64,000 bases of DNA from positions 7,852 through 71,851 of the forward strand of contig CALRRR020000012.1 in assembly GCA_943370645.1 (NCBI GenBank), written 5' to 3'. Positions within the stretch are counted from its first letter, which is position 1, and every line of letters begins with the position of its first letter. Under the pieces are notes generated by a model. It ran no database searches. It worked only from the letters and a program-made list of their open reading frames with translations, and was not told the DNA's origin. The stretch comes from Hydrogenophaga intermedia. GTDB lineage: Bacteria > Pseudomonadota > Alphaproteobacteria > Rhizobiales > Beijerinckiaceae. Shown here one piece after another: positions 26,566-37,164 of this stretch. Position numbers and translations under genes: made by a program.

Positions 26566-27390
26566 TCAACCTGCCGTTGTGCGGGAGCTGGCGAGCGCCA
26601 GGGCCGCCGCGCCAAAATCCCGGCGCCGGTTGGCCTGTCGGAGCACCGCCTCGTCGTCGGTGCCCCAGACCGAGGCCTGATAATCCTCATCGACCGAACT
26701 TGCCTGCCAGGCGGCATCGACATCAAGCCTGCCATGCGCCAGCGCCAGCGCGATCACGGCCGAGCCGCTGATCGTGGTGGCCGCGCTCAGCGCTGCGAGC
26801 GGGACCGGCGCTGCGATGGCTGCCACCGCCTTGGCCAGGCGGTCCAGCGCCTCGGGCGGCTGGGTGACGTGGATGATGCCGCTGGCAGGCTTGAGGTCCG
26901 CGCCCAGCGCCTCACGGGTCCAGGCAAGCAGGGGATCCCAGATGGCGCGCTGGCGTTCGGCCAGTTCGCGCGGGGTTTCGGCCCGGTAGCAGATCAGGTC
27001 CGAGCCGGCATAGCGCACGATCTCCTCGCGCACCGGAACGTCCGCATCACGCACGCCGTCAATGGCGGCATTGACCAGCCGTGTCAGCGGCATCGCCGCC
27101 GGGTTGATCTGTGTGTCCTGCGCCTGCCACTCGGCAGCGACAGCATCAGCAATGGCTTCGTTGTCGACCGCAAGCGGCTGGCGGGTCGGGGTGCGCGCCA
27201 CCTTGCCGTCGAGCAGCACATGCCACAATCCCTGCCGCAATTCGACCGAGACTGCGGCGTAGAAGCGTTTGGGCAGGACATTGCGCATGCCCCCCTGTGC
27301 GGCCTTCATCGGGTCGCGGGGTTCGTGCTCTTCGCGGGCTCCGAACAGGGAGAGGAAAGCGTCAGTCGACATCGCGAAATCTGCTAGCAC
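26566..27390 (-). CDS. ATP12-family F1-ATPase assembly chaperone
   Basis: PKRFYAAVSV..LLDGKVARTPTRQPLAVDNEAIADAVAAEWQAQ...INPAAMPLTRLVNAAIDG matches the ATP12 pattern. The start codon is uncertain. Confidence 0.75.
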   Translation of the reverse strand: MLADFAMSTDAFLSLFGAREEHEPRDPMKAAQGGMRNVLPKRFYAAVSVELRQGLWHVLLDGKVARTPTRQPLAVDNEAIADAVAAEWQAQDTQINPAAMPLTRLVNAAIDGVRDADVPVREEIVRYAGSDLICYRAETPRELAERQRAIWDPLLAWTREALGADLKPASGIIHVTQPPEALDRLAKAVAAIAAPVPLAALSAATTISGSAVIALALAHGRLDVDAAWQASSVDEDYQASVWGTDDEAVLRQANRRRDFGAAALALASSRTTAG

Positions 27391-27417
27391 GCCGGCCCCG
27401 GCACGTCAGCGGCAAAG

Positions 27418-27433
27418 ATGACAGAACTGTCAT
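27418..27433. promoter_or_regulatory. Perfect 16-bp palindrome in the ATP12 / Spy-like divergent gap (candidate operator)
   Basis: The sequence is ATGACAG-AA-CTGTCAT. It lies 87 nt upstream of the Spy/CpxP-like ATG. Confidence 0.25.
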
Positions 27434-27519
27434 GCTCGCGCCATCGCCGAGACAGGGGCGCAGCGGCATGATGACCCTATCGAGACCCCAAGATCACTCA
27501 CTGGAACCGGAGACACCCC

Positions 27520-28059
27520 ATGAAACGCCTCAGTCTGATTGCCGCCGCATCCGTCCTTCTGATCGGAGCTGCCGCCTATGCGCAACCTGCGCCCCAAACC
27601 TCTGGCCCATCCGGCGGCGGGCCGCGCGCCGAGCAGTCGACCAGCCGCATGGAGCGCCGTGCCGCCCGCATGGAAGAGCGCATGAACCGCCGCATCGAAC
27701 GGCTCAAGACCGACCTGAAGCTCACGCCGGCCCAGGAACCACTCTGGAGCCCGGTTCAGGCCCAGCTGCGCAAGATGCAGGATGAGCGCCGTGCCAGCCG
27801 TCAGGCCAACATGGAGCGCATGCGCAATGCAGAGCTGCCCGACAGGCTGGACTTGATGTCCCAGCGCGCGGCAGCCGGCGCCACCAATCTGCGTGAGCTG
27901 TCCACCGCGGTGAAGCCGCTCTGGGCCACACTGGATGCCAGCCAGAAGGAAACCGTCCGCAAGAGCCTGCCCGGCGGTCGCTGGCAGGGGCGCGGCGAAG
28001 GTGGTGGTGAAGGTCGTGGCGAAGGTCGCGGTGGCCGCGGCGGCGAAGGCCGCAACTGA
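27520..28059 (+). CDS. Periplasmic Spy/CpxP-family (LTxxQ) protein with a Gly/Arg/Glu-rich tail
   Basis: It has a signal peptide (MKRLSLIAAASVLLIGAAAYA) and an LKLTPAQEPLW (LTxxQ-type) motif. The tail reads GRGEGGGEGRGEGRGGRGGEGR. Confidence 0.6.
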   Translation: MKRLSLIAAASVLLIGAAAYAQPAPQTSGPSGGGPRAEQSTSRMERRAARMEERMNRRIERLKTDLKLTPAQEPLWSPVQAQLRKMQDERRASRQANMERMRNAELPDRLDLMSQRAAAGATNLRELSTAVKPLWATLDASQKETVRKSLPGGRWQGRGEGGGEGRGEGRGGRGGEGRN

Positions 28060-28101
28060 GCGGCTGGATCGCGGCATCAAGGCAGGCCATCCAGAAAACA
28101 G

Positions 28102-28127
28102 GAAAGCCGCCCGTGAGGGCGGCTTTC
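28102..28127. terminator. Bidirectional intrinsic terminator between the Spy-like gene and rpsD
   Basis: GAAAGCCGCCC-GTGA-GGGCGGCTTTC forms an 11-bp stem with a GNRA loop. On the minus strand it is followed by CTGTTTTCTGG. Confidence 0.7.
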
Positions 28128-28173
28128 GCATGTCTGGCAGAGCTGATGACCGGCGAAGGCCGGCCAGCCGAAC

Positions 28174-28791
28174 TCAGCGCGAGTAGAATTCGACCACGAG
28201 GTTGGGTTCCATCTGCACCGGATACGGCACATCGGTGAGCGTCGGAACGCGGGCCAGCTTGGTGGTCATCTTGGTGTGGTCGGTTTCGAGATAGTCCGGC
28301 ACATCGCGCTCGGCGAGGCCGACCGCTTCGAGCACCAGGATCATCTGCTTGGATGCATCCTTGACGGCCACCACATCACCCGGCTTCACCGAATAGCTCG
28401 GAATGTTGACCTTGCGGCCGTTGACCGTGACGTGGCCATGGTTGACGAACTGGCGGGCGGCAAACACGGTCGGCACGAACTTCGCGCGGTAGACCACGGC
28501 ATCGAGGCGGCACTCGAGCAGGCCGACCAGGTTCTCGCCCGAGTCGCCCTTCATGCGGACGGCTTCGGCATAGTAGCCACGGAACTGGCGCTCGGAGATC
28601 GAGCCGTAATAACCCTTGAGCTTCTGCTTGGCGCGGAGCTGGGTGCCGAAATCCGACATCTTGCCCTTGCGGCGCTGGCCGTGCTGGCCGGGGCCGTATT
28701 CGCGGCGATTGACCGGGGACTTCGGGCGGCCCCAGATGTTCTGGCCCATACGGCGGTCGAGTTTGTATTTGGCGGCGTGGCGCTTTGACAT
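28174..28791 (-). CDS. rpsD: 30S ribosomal protein S4
   Basis: Starts at ATG 28791, reading [42 protein letters not shown]. The protein is 205 aa. Confidence 0.95.
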   Translation of the reverse strand: MSKRHAAKYKLDRRMGQNIWGRPKSPVNRREYGPGQHGQRRKGKMSDFGTQLRAKQKLKGYYGSISERQFRGYYAEAVRMKGDSGENLVGLLECRLDAVVYRAKFVPTVFAARQFVNHGHVTVNGRKVNIPSYSVKPGDVVAVKDASKQMILVLEAVGLAERDVPDYLETDHTKMTTKLARVPTLTDVPYPVQMEPNLVVEFYSR

Positions 28792-29010
28792 GTCGCGTGT
28801 CCTCTTGGATGCGAGTTTTGAGGACCGCGCCCTCCTGCTCCACACACCGGACCTTGATCCGGAGCGGGCGACAGAACCAGGCTGATCTCAGCCGGTTCAC
28901 GGGTGCGGAAAAAGCCACGCGGGCCATTGCTGACCCGCGCGACGGGCTGCTTAAAGCCATGAACCGGCTTCGATGTCAACGGCCAACCGGCATTTCCGGG
29001 CGATTGCCCT

Positions 29011-29832
29011 TCAGCGAGCGGCGGCCAGGTTGTGGCACTCCACCCCGAAACCGGCCAGCGCCCTCACCACTGCGGGGCCGGGCTGGCCTGCGCTGAACAA
29101 GGCAGACGCCTCGCCGGGAAAGCTGCCGGCCGGGCTCGGGCCGAGCAGTTGCACGACGCGGCGCGCGATCGCCGGAGCCGGATCGATCCAGGTGACCGGC
29201 CATGGCGACAGCTCAATCAGGCGTGGCAGCAGCAAGGGATAATGGGTGCAGGACAAGGTGATCACGTCGGTGCGCCGCATCGTCCCGTCAGTATCGGTGA
29301 CACTGACGAAGCAGGGCGCAATCTCGGCGCTGATCTCGGCGTCGCTGGCGGGCTCGCCATGCATCTGGGCTTCTGCCATGCCGGCGAGGCGCACCGAGCC
29401 GACCAGCGTGACCTCGCAGCCCGCCGCATAGCTGCGCACGAGATCGCGCGTGTAGTCACGGGCAACCGTGCCGGGCGTGGCCAGCACCGAGAACAGGCGG
29501 CTCTGCGAGCGCTCTGCTGCGGGCTTGATGGCCGGCACGGTGCCGACGAACGGCGTGGAAAACCGTGCGCGCAGCGCCGGCAGGGCCAGGGTCGAGGCCG
29601 TGTTGCAGGCCATCACCACGCAATCGGGTTCGTGCGCCGCGATCAGGCCAGCCATTTGGTCCAGCAGCCGGTCCACGAGATCCCGCTCGGGCCACGCGCC
29701 ATAGGGGAAGGCGGCATCGTCTGCCACATAGATATAGCTTGCATCGGGGCGGGCGCGGACGATCTCGCGGAACACCGTCAGGCCACCAAGACCTGAATCG
29801 AACACCAGAATCCGGGGCGCGCGGCTCATCAT
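29011..29832 (-). CDS. murI: Glutamate racemase
   Basis: Has RILVFDSGLGGLTVFREI, VVMACNTAS and LSCTHYPLL motifs. The likely start is ATG 29832. Confidence 0.88.
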   Translation of the reverse strand: MMSRAPRILVFDSGLGGLTVFREIVRARPDASYIYVADDAAFPYGAWPERDLVDRLLDQMAGLIAAHEPDCVVMACNTASTLALPALRARFSTPFVGTVPAIKPAAERSQSRLFSVLATPGTVARDYTRDLVRSYAAGCEVTLVGSVRLAGMAEAQMHGEPASDAEISAEIAPCFVSVTDTDGTMRRTDVITLSCTHYPLLLPRLIELSPWPVTWIDPAPAIARRVVQLLGPSPAGSFPGEASALFSAGQPGPAVVRALAGFGVECHNLAAAR

Positions 29833-29955
29833 CACTACGGCCTGATGCGCCTGTCCGGCCAGAAGATCAACGCCCTGCACCCGTCTCGCATCCCGTTGTC
29901 GCAAGCTGCGATCATGCCCACCGGATGGTTGCCAAATCCTGAAAAGAAGCTGCGT

Positions 29956-31299
29956 TCATGCCCTCAGGCTGGCAGCACAGGCGCGCGCCGCCTGCCATGC
30001 GAACAAGGTCGCGCCGCCGACCGTCATCGCGCCGCCTCCGCCCGTCGCCTCGCCGGCGAACCAGAGCCTTGCCGCGACCGGTTCGGCCAATGCTGCGCGG
30101 GCAGCGCTCCTTCCGGGCCGGCAGACCGAATAGGAGCCCCGCGCCAGCGGATCATGCCACCAGGATGCGAGCCGCCCGGCCTTGACCGCGCCGCGCACTG
30201 ACGCGCCGAGCATGCCGGCCAGCAGATCGGTGACGTGGCTGACGGCTGCCGCCTCGCCGGCTTTGCCAAGGTCACGGGCGACATCGCCGCCGCAGATCGC
30301 CACGGCCAGTGGCTTTCCGTTGGGAAACAGCTCGATCATGGTCATTGCCTCGGGGCGGGTCGCATCCATCAGCGTCGAGCTATCGGACAGCCCGAAGCGC
30401 TCGCCGTCGATCCGGAGCGCGATCTTGGTCAGCGCGCCCATGCCGATGCCATCAAGGGCTGACTGATGGCCGGAAGGCAGATCGGGCGTGAAGCGGATGC
30501 CGCCCGCCTTGAGCACGCCGACCGGCACGGTGACGATCGCCGCACGCGCTGTGATCGTGCCGCGCGGTGTCGCGGCTTCGATGCCGCCGCTGCCCCAGTT
30601 GATTGCAGAGACCGGTGTGGACAGGCTTACCGGCAGGGCCTTGCCATAGGCTTCGACCAGCGCGCCATAGCCGCTGGCGGTGGTGAGGTCAGGGCCGCTC
30701 CAGAGGCTCTGATTATCCAGCACGGAGATGCGCTCGCCATCTTCGCCGAGCACGAGCAGTAGCCCGGAGCGCGCGATCTCTCGGCTTTCAGGGGGCAGGT
30801 CGGCCACCGCTTCGGCCAGCGACATGTCGCGTCCGCTGGCGGTCACGCGGTCCATGCGCGCTTCCATCTCGCGGAAGGCCTGCCAACGGCGGCCGCGCTC
30901 GATCATCCCCAGCGGCTGGCCATTGGCATGGACCTGCCAGCCGCCCATGCGCCAGCCCGAGCCTTCAAGGCTGACACCGAGATCACGGGCGATGCCGACC
31001 CAGGGGTTTCGGTCGGCGAAGTGCACAATCTCCGCGCCCGCATCGAAGCCCGCGCCGAGCGATGTGTCCGTGAAGGCGCGACCGCCGATCCGGTCGCGGG
31101 CTTCCACCATGCGGAAACTGATGCCAAGGCGCATCAGTTCGCGGGCGGCACTGAGCCCGGCAGCCCCGGCGCCGACGATCAGCACGTCCGCGTCGGCGGC
31201 GAAGAGCCGCGAGGCCATGCCCGGCAGCGCGGCAGTGGCAAGGCCGCCGGCCAGCAGGGCGCGCCGCGATGGCGCTGATGATCGGTGGGCTCTGGTCAT
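29956..31299 (-). CDS. Tat-exported FAD-dependent amine-oxidase-family oxidoreductase
   Basis: The twin-arginine leader is MTRAHRSSAPSRRALLAGGLATAAL. The dinucleotide-binding motif is VLIVGAGAAGLSAAREL, and the tail WFAGEAT is typical of flavin amine oxidases. Confidence 0.7.
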   Translation of the reverse strand: MTRAHRSSAPSRRALLAGGLATAALPGMASRLFAADADVLIVGAGAAGLSAARELMRLGISFRMVEARDRIGGRAFTDTSLGAGFDAGAEIVHFADRNPWVGIARDLGVSLEGSGWRMGGWQVHANGQPLGMIERGRRWQAFREMEARMDRVTASGRDMSLAEAVADLPPESREIARSGLLLVLGEDGERISVLDNQSLWSGPDLTTASGYGALVEAYGKALPVSLSTPVSAINWGSGGIEAATPRGTITARAAIVTVPVGVLKAGGIRFTPDLPSGHQSALDGIGMGALTKIALRIDGERFGLSDSSTLMDATRPEAMTMIELFPNGKPLAVAICGGDVARDLGKAGEAAAVSHVTDLLAGMLGASVRGAVKAGRLASWWHDPLARGSYSVCRPGRSAARAALAEPVAARLWFAGEATGGGGAMTVGGATLFAWQAARACAASLRA

Positions 31300-31370
31300 G
31301 CCCCGACATGCCAAAGACCGATGGCAACGCCAAGGCGTTCTGCCATCACTAAGTTGTCAGGTTCCGTCTC

Positions 31371-32111
31371 TCACGCCTTGGCCAGTGCTGCCAGCATGGC
31401 TTTCACGTCCGCCATGGCAGCGGCCAGCGCGGCTGGCTCGCGCGAGCGCACGATGAGATTGGTGTTCGGCTGGCCCGCCTCGTCCCAGAACGGGTAGGAG
31501 CCGATCATGGTGGCGGGATGGGCCTTGGCGACAGCGCGCAGCGGCTCGCCGATGTCACCTTCGCGCATGTCGGCGCGCACGCTCTCCGAGATCAGCTTCA
31601 CGCCTGTCTGGAGCGTGGGGGCAACTGCATCGAGCATGGCCTGCATGATCACCGGCACACCAGCCATGACAATGACGTTGCCGATCCGGAAGCCCGGCAC
31701 CTTGTTGTAGCTGTTGTGGACCAGTTCCGAACCTTCGGGCATCCGCGCCATGCGCAGCCGGGCCTCGTTGAGTTCCTCGGGCTTGAACCGTTCGCGCATC
31801 ATGGCCACGGCCCGCGGATCGACATCGATCGGCACCCCGAACGCCTTGGCCACGCAGTCCGCCGTGATGTCATCATGCGTCGGCCCGATGCCGCCGGTGG
31901 TGAAGACATAGCTGTAGCGGGAGCGCAGGGCATTCAGCGCGGCGACGATATCCTCTTCCTCATCGGGGACAACGCGCACTTCCTTCAGGTCGATGCCGAT
32001 GTTGGTCATGTATTCGGCGATGTAGCCGATGTTCTTGTCCTTGGTGCGCCCGGACAGGATTTCGTCGCCGATGATCAGCAGCGCGGCGGTGATGATGGCG
32101 GGATCTGGCAT
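31371..32111 (-). CDS. CinA-like / MoCF-biosynthesis-domain (molybdopterin-binding) protein
   Basis: From ATG 32111 it reads MPDPAIITAALLIIGDEILSGRTKDKNIGYIAEYM...TTGGIGPTHDDIT. Confidence 0.75.
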   Translation of the reverse strand: MPDPAIITAALLIIGDEILSGRTKDKNIGYIAEYMTNIGIDLKEVRVVPDEEEDIVAALNALRSRYSYVFTTGGIGPTHDDITADCVAKAFGVPIDVDPRAVAMMRERFKPEELNEARLRMARMPEGSELVHNSYNKVPGFRIGNVIVMAGVPVIMQAMLDAVAPTLQTGVKLISESVRADMREGDIGEPLRAVAKAHPATMIGSYPFWDEAGQPNTNLIVRSREPAALAAAMADVKAMLAALAKA

Positions 32112-32214
32112 GGGGTTTCCTCGGGTGATCAGGGGGATGGCGCGCACCGCGTTCCCCGCACAGCCGGGATCGTGGTAAGCGCGCGGCATACGACGCACAA
32201 GTGGAAATGCCCCG

Positions 32215-32982
32215 ATGAAATTGCCGCCCCTGATCACCGGCCGCCTGATCCGCCGTTACAAGCGCTTTCTGGCCGATGTTGAACTCGAGAGCGGCGAGGT
32301 CGTGACCGCCCATTGCGCCAATCCCGGCTCGATGATGGGGCTGAATGCCCCCGGTCTTCCGGTCTGGCTCTCGGTGTCGGACGATCCAAAGCGCAAGCTT
32401 CGGTATTCATGGAAGCTGGCCGAGATCGATTTTGGCTGGTGCGGGCCGCAACTGGTTTCGATCGATACAGGCCACCCCAACACGCTGGCCGAGGAGGCGA
32501 TCCGTGCCGGCGTCATCGCGCCGCTGGCTGGCTACGCGATGGTGCGGCGCGAGGTCCGCTATGGTCGCAACAGCCGCATCGATCTGCTTCTGAGCAGTGG
32601 CGACGAAACCGGCAGCCAGCGCCCGGACTGCTATGTGGAAGTGAAAAACGTCCACCTGATGCGCCAGCCGGGACTGGCCGAATTTCCCGACTCCGTGACC
32701 AGTCGCGGCGCGAAGCACCTGGAGGAACTTGGTGACATGGTGGAGGCCGGCCACAGGGCCGTGATGTTGTTCGTGGTGCAGATGGCGGCCGAGCGGTTCG
32801 CCATCGCCAGCGCCATCGATCCTGCCTATGGCGCTGCGCTGACGCGTGCCATGGCGCGCGGGGTCGAGGTGCTGGTGCATGTCTGCACGATGGCCACTGA
32901 CCGGATCGATCTGGCCGGGGCCATCCCGTTCGGAGACGATGGCGCGCCTGTCAGCCCTGCTGCGGCGGACGCTCGAAAATGA
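32215..32982 (+). CDS. sfsA: Sugar fermentation stimulation protein SfsA-family nuclease-fold protein
   Basis: Has GRLIRRYKRFLADVELESGEVVTAHCANPGSM and YVEVKNV motifs. Confidence 0.85.
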   Translation: MKLPPLITGRLIRRYKRFLADVELESGEVVTAHCANPGSMMGLNAPGLPVWLSVSDDPKRKLRYSWKLAEIDFGWCGPQLVSIDTGHPNTLAEEAIRAGVIAPLAGYAMVRREVRYGRNSRIDLLLSSGDETGSQRPDCYVEVKNVHLMRQPGLAEFPDSVTSRGAKHLEELGDMVEAGHRAVMLFVVQMAAERFAIASAIDPAYGAALTRAMARGVEVLVHVCTMATDRIDLAGAIPFGDDGAPVSPAAADARK

Positions 32983-33817
32983 AATTCAGGCGTGTGTGCC
33001 GGGTCAGGCGGTAGCCGGCCCTGTCGAGCAGAGGCCTGAGGTCGACATTCCACTTGGAGGTCGAGTCCTCGATGATCAGCAGGCTCGGCCAGAGATGTTC
33101 GTTGCCTGGCGCGAGGAAGGGCTCGAGGATCAGGTCTTCCGCGCCCTCGACATCGATCTTCATGCCATCGACGCGGGCAAAGCCCTCCGAGGCCAGAAGG
33201 TCGACCAGCGGCAGCGCGGGGGCTTTCACTGCCTGCGCCGAGGTGGAATTGAGCACGCGCACGCTCGATTCGCCCTCGTTGCGCGGATCGAGGAACAGGG
33301 TCAGCTCGCCGGCCTTGTCGGCGACGGCGCAGGCGACGGCCTTGACCGTGCCGAACGGGTTGAGGCCGATGTTGTAGGCCAGCTTGGCAAACACGCGGGG
33401 CTGCGGCTCGACGGCCAGAATGCGGGCACCGGGGCCTGCCAGCCCTGCCACAAACAGTGCATAGGCGCCGACATTCGCGCCGATGTCGACGAAGCGGTAG
33501 CCGTCTCGCGCATGGTCCTGCACGTGGCGGCGCAACGCGGCCAGTTCCTCGATGTCGAAATGCTGCGGCATGAACAGCACGCGCTTCTCGCAGACATTGC
33601 TCTGCGGGTGGATTCGCATGCGGGCACCGAGCGTTTCAGTATCCACCGGCGCGCCCTTGAGGTGTGCGATCGCCAGCCGGCGCAGCAGGAATGCGAAGCG
33701 GCGGCTCGCCCAGGCGGAGGTGCTGGCGCGCGTGTGGCGGATGGCCCAGGCGACGAAGCCTTGAGCGGTATAGGTGCCGAAGGCGGGCGCTTCGGTCTGG
33801 CTGGTGCTGGCTGTCAT
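32951..33817 (-). CDS. FkbM-family SAM-dependent methyltransferase
   Basis: Has FVDIGANVGAYALF and ...MKIDVEGAEDLIL. The likely start is ATG 33817. Its 3' end overlaps convergent sfsA by 32 nt. Confidence 0.7.
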   Translation of the reverse strand: MTASTSQTEAPAFGTYTAQGFVAWAIRHTRASTSAWASRRFAFLLRRLAIAHLKGAPVDTETLGARMRIHPQSNVCEKRVLFMPQHFDIEELAALRRHVQDHARDGYRFVDIGANVGAYALFVAGLAGPGARILAVEPQPRVFAKLAYNIGLNPFGTVKAVACAVADKAGELTLFLDPRNEGESSVRVLNSTSAQAVKAPALPLVDLLASEGFARVDGMKIDVEGAEDLILEPFLAPGNEHLWPSLLIIEDSTSKWNVDLRPLLDRAGYRLTRHTRLNFIFERPPQQG

Positions 33818-34022
33818 TGCCAGCCGCTTAGCATCTGGCGGGCAGGGCGCAAAGGGGCAGCCGACAACACACCAATCGGCATGCGACAACCAGCCCATGG
33901 GCGAAGCCGGTCTTTACCTGCCGGCGAACTTGCGCGATAGCCACGTCGGCGGCATCCTTGTCTGAACAAGTGGGGTGCCTTGCCGGGTCGCGGGGTTCCC
34001 CGCCAGCGCACGAGACGACACC

Positions 34023-34850
34023 ATGGCCACGGACGACGCCAGCACCGGCGTGCGACGCCGCACCAACGAGATCAAGAGGCACGGGCCCGAGGCTTTCGCG
34101 GCCATGCGCAAGGCTGGACGGCTGGTGGCCGAAGGGCTCGACATGATCGCCGCGCATGTGCGGCCCGGCGTGCTGACCTCCGAACTCGACCGCCTGATGT
34201 TCACGTTCGCGATGGACAACAAGGCTTACCCGGCGACGCTGAACTATCGCGGCTACCGCTATTCGATCTGCACCTCGATCAACCATGTGGTCTGCCACGG
34301 CATGCCCGATGACAAGCCGCTGCGTGATGGCGACATCATCAACATCGACTACACGCTGATTGTCGATGGCTGGCATGGCGACGCCAGCCGGATGTATGGC
34401 GTGGGCGGGCTCAACCGCAAATCCGAGCGGCTGTGCGAGATCACCCACGAGAGCCTGATGCGCGGGATCGCGGCGGTGCGTCCCGGCGGGCACTTCGGCG
34501 ATATCGGCCATGCGATCCAGTCCTATGCCGAGGGAGAGCGCTGCTCGGTGGTGCGCGATTTCTGCGGCCACGGGCTCGGCCAGCTGTTTCACGATGCGCC
34601 CAACATCCTGCACTATGGCGCACGCGGCGAAGGCGCGATGATGGAGCCCGGGATGCTGTTCACCATCGAGCCGATGATCAACCTCGGCAAGCCGCATGTG
34701 AAGGTGCTGGCCGATGGCTGGACTGCGGTGACCCGTGACCGTTCGCTGTCGGCCCAGTTCGAGCACACCGTCGGGGTGACCGATACCGGTGTCGAGATTT
34801 TCACGCTGTCTCCTGCCGGGCTGGATTATCCGCTCGGCAAGCAGGGCTGA
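34023..34850 (+). CDS. map: Type I methionine aminopeptidase
   Basis: Has [40 protein letters not shown] and FTIEPM. Starts at ATG 34023. Confidence 0.92.
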   Translation: MATDDASTGVRRRTNEIKRHGPEAFAAMRKAGRLVAEGLDMIAAHVRPGVLTSELDRLMFTFAMDNKAYPATLNYRGYRYSICTSINHVVCHGMPDDKPLRDGDIINIDYTLIVDGWHGDASRMYGVGGLNRKSERLCEITHESLMRGIAAVRPGGHFGDIGHAIQSYAEGERCSVVRDFCGHGLGQLFHDAPNILHYGARGEGAMMEPGMLFTIEPMINLGKPHVKVLADGWTAVTRDRSLSAQFEHTVGVTDTGVEIFTLSPAGLDYPLGKQG

Positions 34851-34870
34851 TCCCTTGCCGGCCTGCCGCG

Positions 34871-35563
34871 ATGGGATCTGATCCTGCTCCGGACCCGCAC
34901 TACCTCGGACACCGCGACCGGCTGCGCGAGCGCTTCCTGACAGCCGGGCCGGATGCGCTGGCCGACTACGAACTGCTCGAACTTGTGCTGTTCCGCTCGA
35001 TCCCGCGTCGCGACGTGAAGCCGATTGCGAAGGAGTTGATACGCAGATTCGGATCCTTCGCCGAAGTGGTTGCAGCGCCTCAGCATTTGCTGACCGGAGT
35101 GCCCGGTGTCGGCGAGGCGGTCGCCGCCGATCTCAGGATTGTGGCGGCCGCGGGCCAGCGCCTTGTCAGGGGGCAGGTGACGAAGCGTGCCGTGCTCGGA
35201 AGCTGGACAGCGGTGATCGATTATTGCCGCGCCGCCATGGCCTTCGAGGCCCGCGAGCAGTTCCGCATCCTGTTTCTCGACAAGAAGAACGCCCTGATCG
35301 CCGATGAGGTGCAGCAGGTCGGCACGGTCGACCACACGCCGGTCTATCCGCGCGAGATCGTGCGCCGGGCGCTGGAATTGTCTTCCACAGCCATCGTGCT
35401 GGTACACAATCATCCTTCCGGTGATCCGACGCCGAGCCAGGCCGACATCACCATGACACGCGAGATCATTGCAGTCGCAAAGGCGATGGGCATCGTGGTG
35501 CATGACCACATCATCGTGGGCCGCGACGGCCATGCGAGTTTCAAGGGCCTAAGGCTGATGTGA
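34871..35563 (+). CDS. radC: RadC-family JAMM-motif protein
   Basis: The N-terminus is [10 protein letters not shown]. The JAMM motif is [21 protein letters not shown]. Confidence 0.88.
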   Translation: MGSDPAPDPHYLGHRDRLRERFLTAGPDALADYELLELVLFRSIPRRDVKPIAKELIRRFGSFAEVVAAPQHLLTGVPGVGEAVAADLRIVAAAGQRLVRGQVTKRAVLGSWTAVIDYCRAAMAFEAREQFRILFLDKKNALIADEVQQVGTVDHTPVYPREIVRRALELSSTAIVLVHNHPSGDPTPSQADITMTREIIAVAKAMGIVVHDHIIVGRDGHASFKGLRLM

Positions 35564-35651
35564 GGCCGCATCATGCGTCCAATCTCCCACTGGCCTCGCT
35601 CCTGATGGGGCCTTATGGTGCGCGCCAAATCAGAAGGCTGAGGAGTCGATC

Positions 35652-35906
35652 ATGGCCGAGAAGGGTGTTCCGCACTTCCACAACGAGCCCGGCGTGCCGG
35701 TCGTCAAGGTGGGCTCCAAGGAGTTCATGTGCATCGGGGCCAAGCCGCCGCTCGATCATCCGCATGTCTTTCTCGACATGGGCGATGATGGCGAGATCGT
35801 CTGCCCCTATTGCTCGACACTTTATCGCTACGACGCCGCGATCGGCGCAGGTCAATGTGAGCCTCAGGCCTGCGAATGGGCCGGCGATGCGGCCAAGGCT
35901 GCCTGA
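35652..35906 (+). CDS. Small zinc-finger (zf-CHCC / NDUFS6-like) protein
   Basis: Has FMCIGAKPPLDHPHVFLDMGDDGEIVCPYCSTLYRY. Confidence 0.75.
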   Translation: MAEKGVPHFHNEPGVPVVKVGSKEFMCIGAKPPLDHPHVFLDMGDDGEIVCPYCSTLYRYDAAIGAGQCEPQACEWAGDAAKAA

Positions 35907-35927
35907 CGCACGACCTCGAAGCCGCCC

Positions 35928-37139
35928 GTGACCAACCTTCCCGTGCTGATTGCCGGGGCCGGCATTGCCGGCCTGACGGCTGCCGTGGCGCTTGCCCGCG
36001 CCGGCGTGCCTGTCGTGCTGGTCGAGCGGCGTGCCGGCTTCAGCGAGGTTGGCGCCGGGCTTCAACTCTCGCCCAATGCGACCAGCGTGCTTGACGCACT
36101 CGGGCTCGCCGCAGGGGTCGGGCGGCATGCCGTGTCCCCGCGCCGGCTGGATATCCGGCATTTCGGTGGTGGTGAGCCCTATGCCGGCATGCCGATGCGG
36201 ACGCTGGCAGAGCCTGACAACGCCCCGTTCTGGTGCCTGAAGCGGGCCGATCTCCAGACTGCGCTGCTTGATGCCGCGCGGATGACGCCGGGCATCCGGC
36301 TGCTTGTCGGCCGCTCGGTCAAGGCCGTGGTCCAGCACCCTGGAGGCGTCGGTGTTACCATCGAATCCGGGCGCGGGCAGGCCGAGGTCATCGAAGCCTG
36401 CGCCGTCATCGGTGCGGATGGGCTCTGGTCCGCAGTGAGAAAGCTGGTCGGGGATCGGTCCGAGCCGCGCTTTCTGGGCTATGAAGCCTGGCGGACGCTG
36501 CTTCCTGTTGCGGCGGTCGATGCCTTTGTCAGCCTGCCTGCCGTCAACCTCTGGCTCGGCACAGCCGGCCACGCCGTCCACTATCCGGTGGCCGAGGGCC
36601 GCGAGATCAATCTCGTGCTGATCCGCCGCGCGCAGGAGCCATCACCCGAATGGACGAGAGAAGGCGATCCGGCCAGGCTTTCCGGCTTGCTGAAAACCGC
36701 CGCTGCGCCTCTGCGCGGACTGATCGAGGGCGCTCCGGGCTGGCAGGTCTGGTCACTGTTTGATTGTCCGCCGGCCGCCATGGCGCATGGCCGCGTGGCG
36801 CTGATCGGGGATGCCGCCCATCCTGTCCTGCCGTTTCTGGCGCAGGGTGCCGGTCTGGCCATCGAGGATGCTGGCTTGCTGGCGCAACTGCTGCCCGCAG
36901 CCTGGCTGGCCGATGGCAAGGCAGCGCAGGCGATCCCGGATGCGTTGAAGCGCTTTGCCGGCCTTCGGGCCGCTCGCGTGGCGCGCGTGCAGGAGACAGC
37001 CCGCAGCAATGGCCGGATGTATCACGCCGGCTTCCCGCTCAACGTGGCTCGGGACCTCGTGCTGAAACAGCTCGGAGATGCCGGCATGCGCAAGCGCTAT
37101 GCCTGGCTTTATGGCTGGCGGCTGCCGGCAGCTTCCTGA
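35928..37139 (+). CDS. FAD-dependent aromatic-ring monooxygenase (salicylate-hydroxylase / UbiH-like)
   Basis: Has VLIAGAGIAGLTAAVALARAG, GADGLWSAVR and ALIGDAAHPVLPFLAQGAGLAIEDA. Confidence 0.75.
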   Translation: MTNLPVLIAGAGIAGLTAAVALARAGVPVVLVERRAGFSEVGAGLQLSPNATSVLDALGLAAGVGRHAVSPRRLDIRHFGGGEPYAGMPMRTLAEPDNAPFWCLKRADLQTALLDAARMTPGIRLLVGRSVKAVVQHPGGVGVTIESGRGQAEVIEACAVIGADGLWSAVRKLVGDRSEPRFLGYEAWRTLLPVAAVDAFVSLPAVNLWLGTAGHAVHYPVAEGREINLVLIRRAQEPSPEWTREGDPARLSGLLKTAAAPLRGLIEGAPGWQVWSLFDCPPAAMAHGRVALIGDAAHPVLPFLAQGAGLAIEDAGLLAQLLPAAWLADGKAAQAIPDALKRFAGLRAARVARVQETARSNGRMYHAGFPLNVARDLVLKQLGDAGMRKRYAWLYGWRLPAAS

Positions 37140-37164
37140 GAACTTGCATCAGGCGCGGTGCGGC

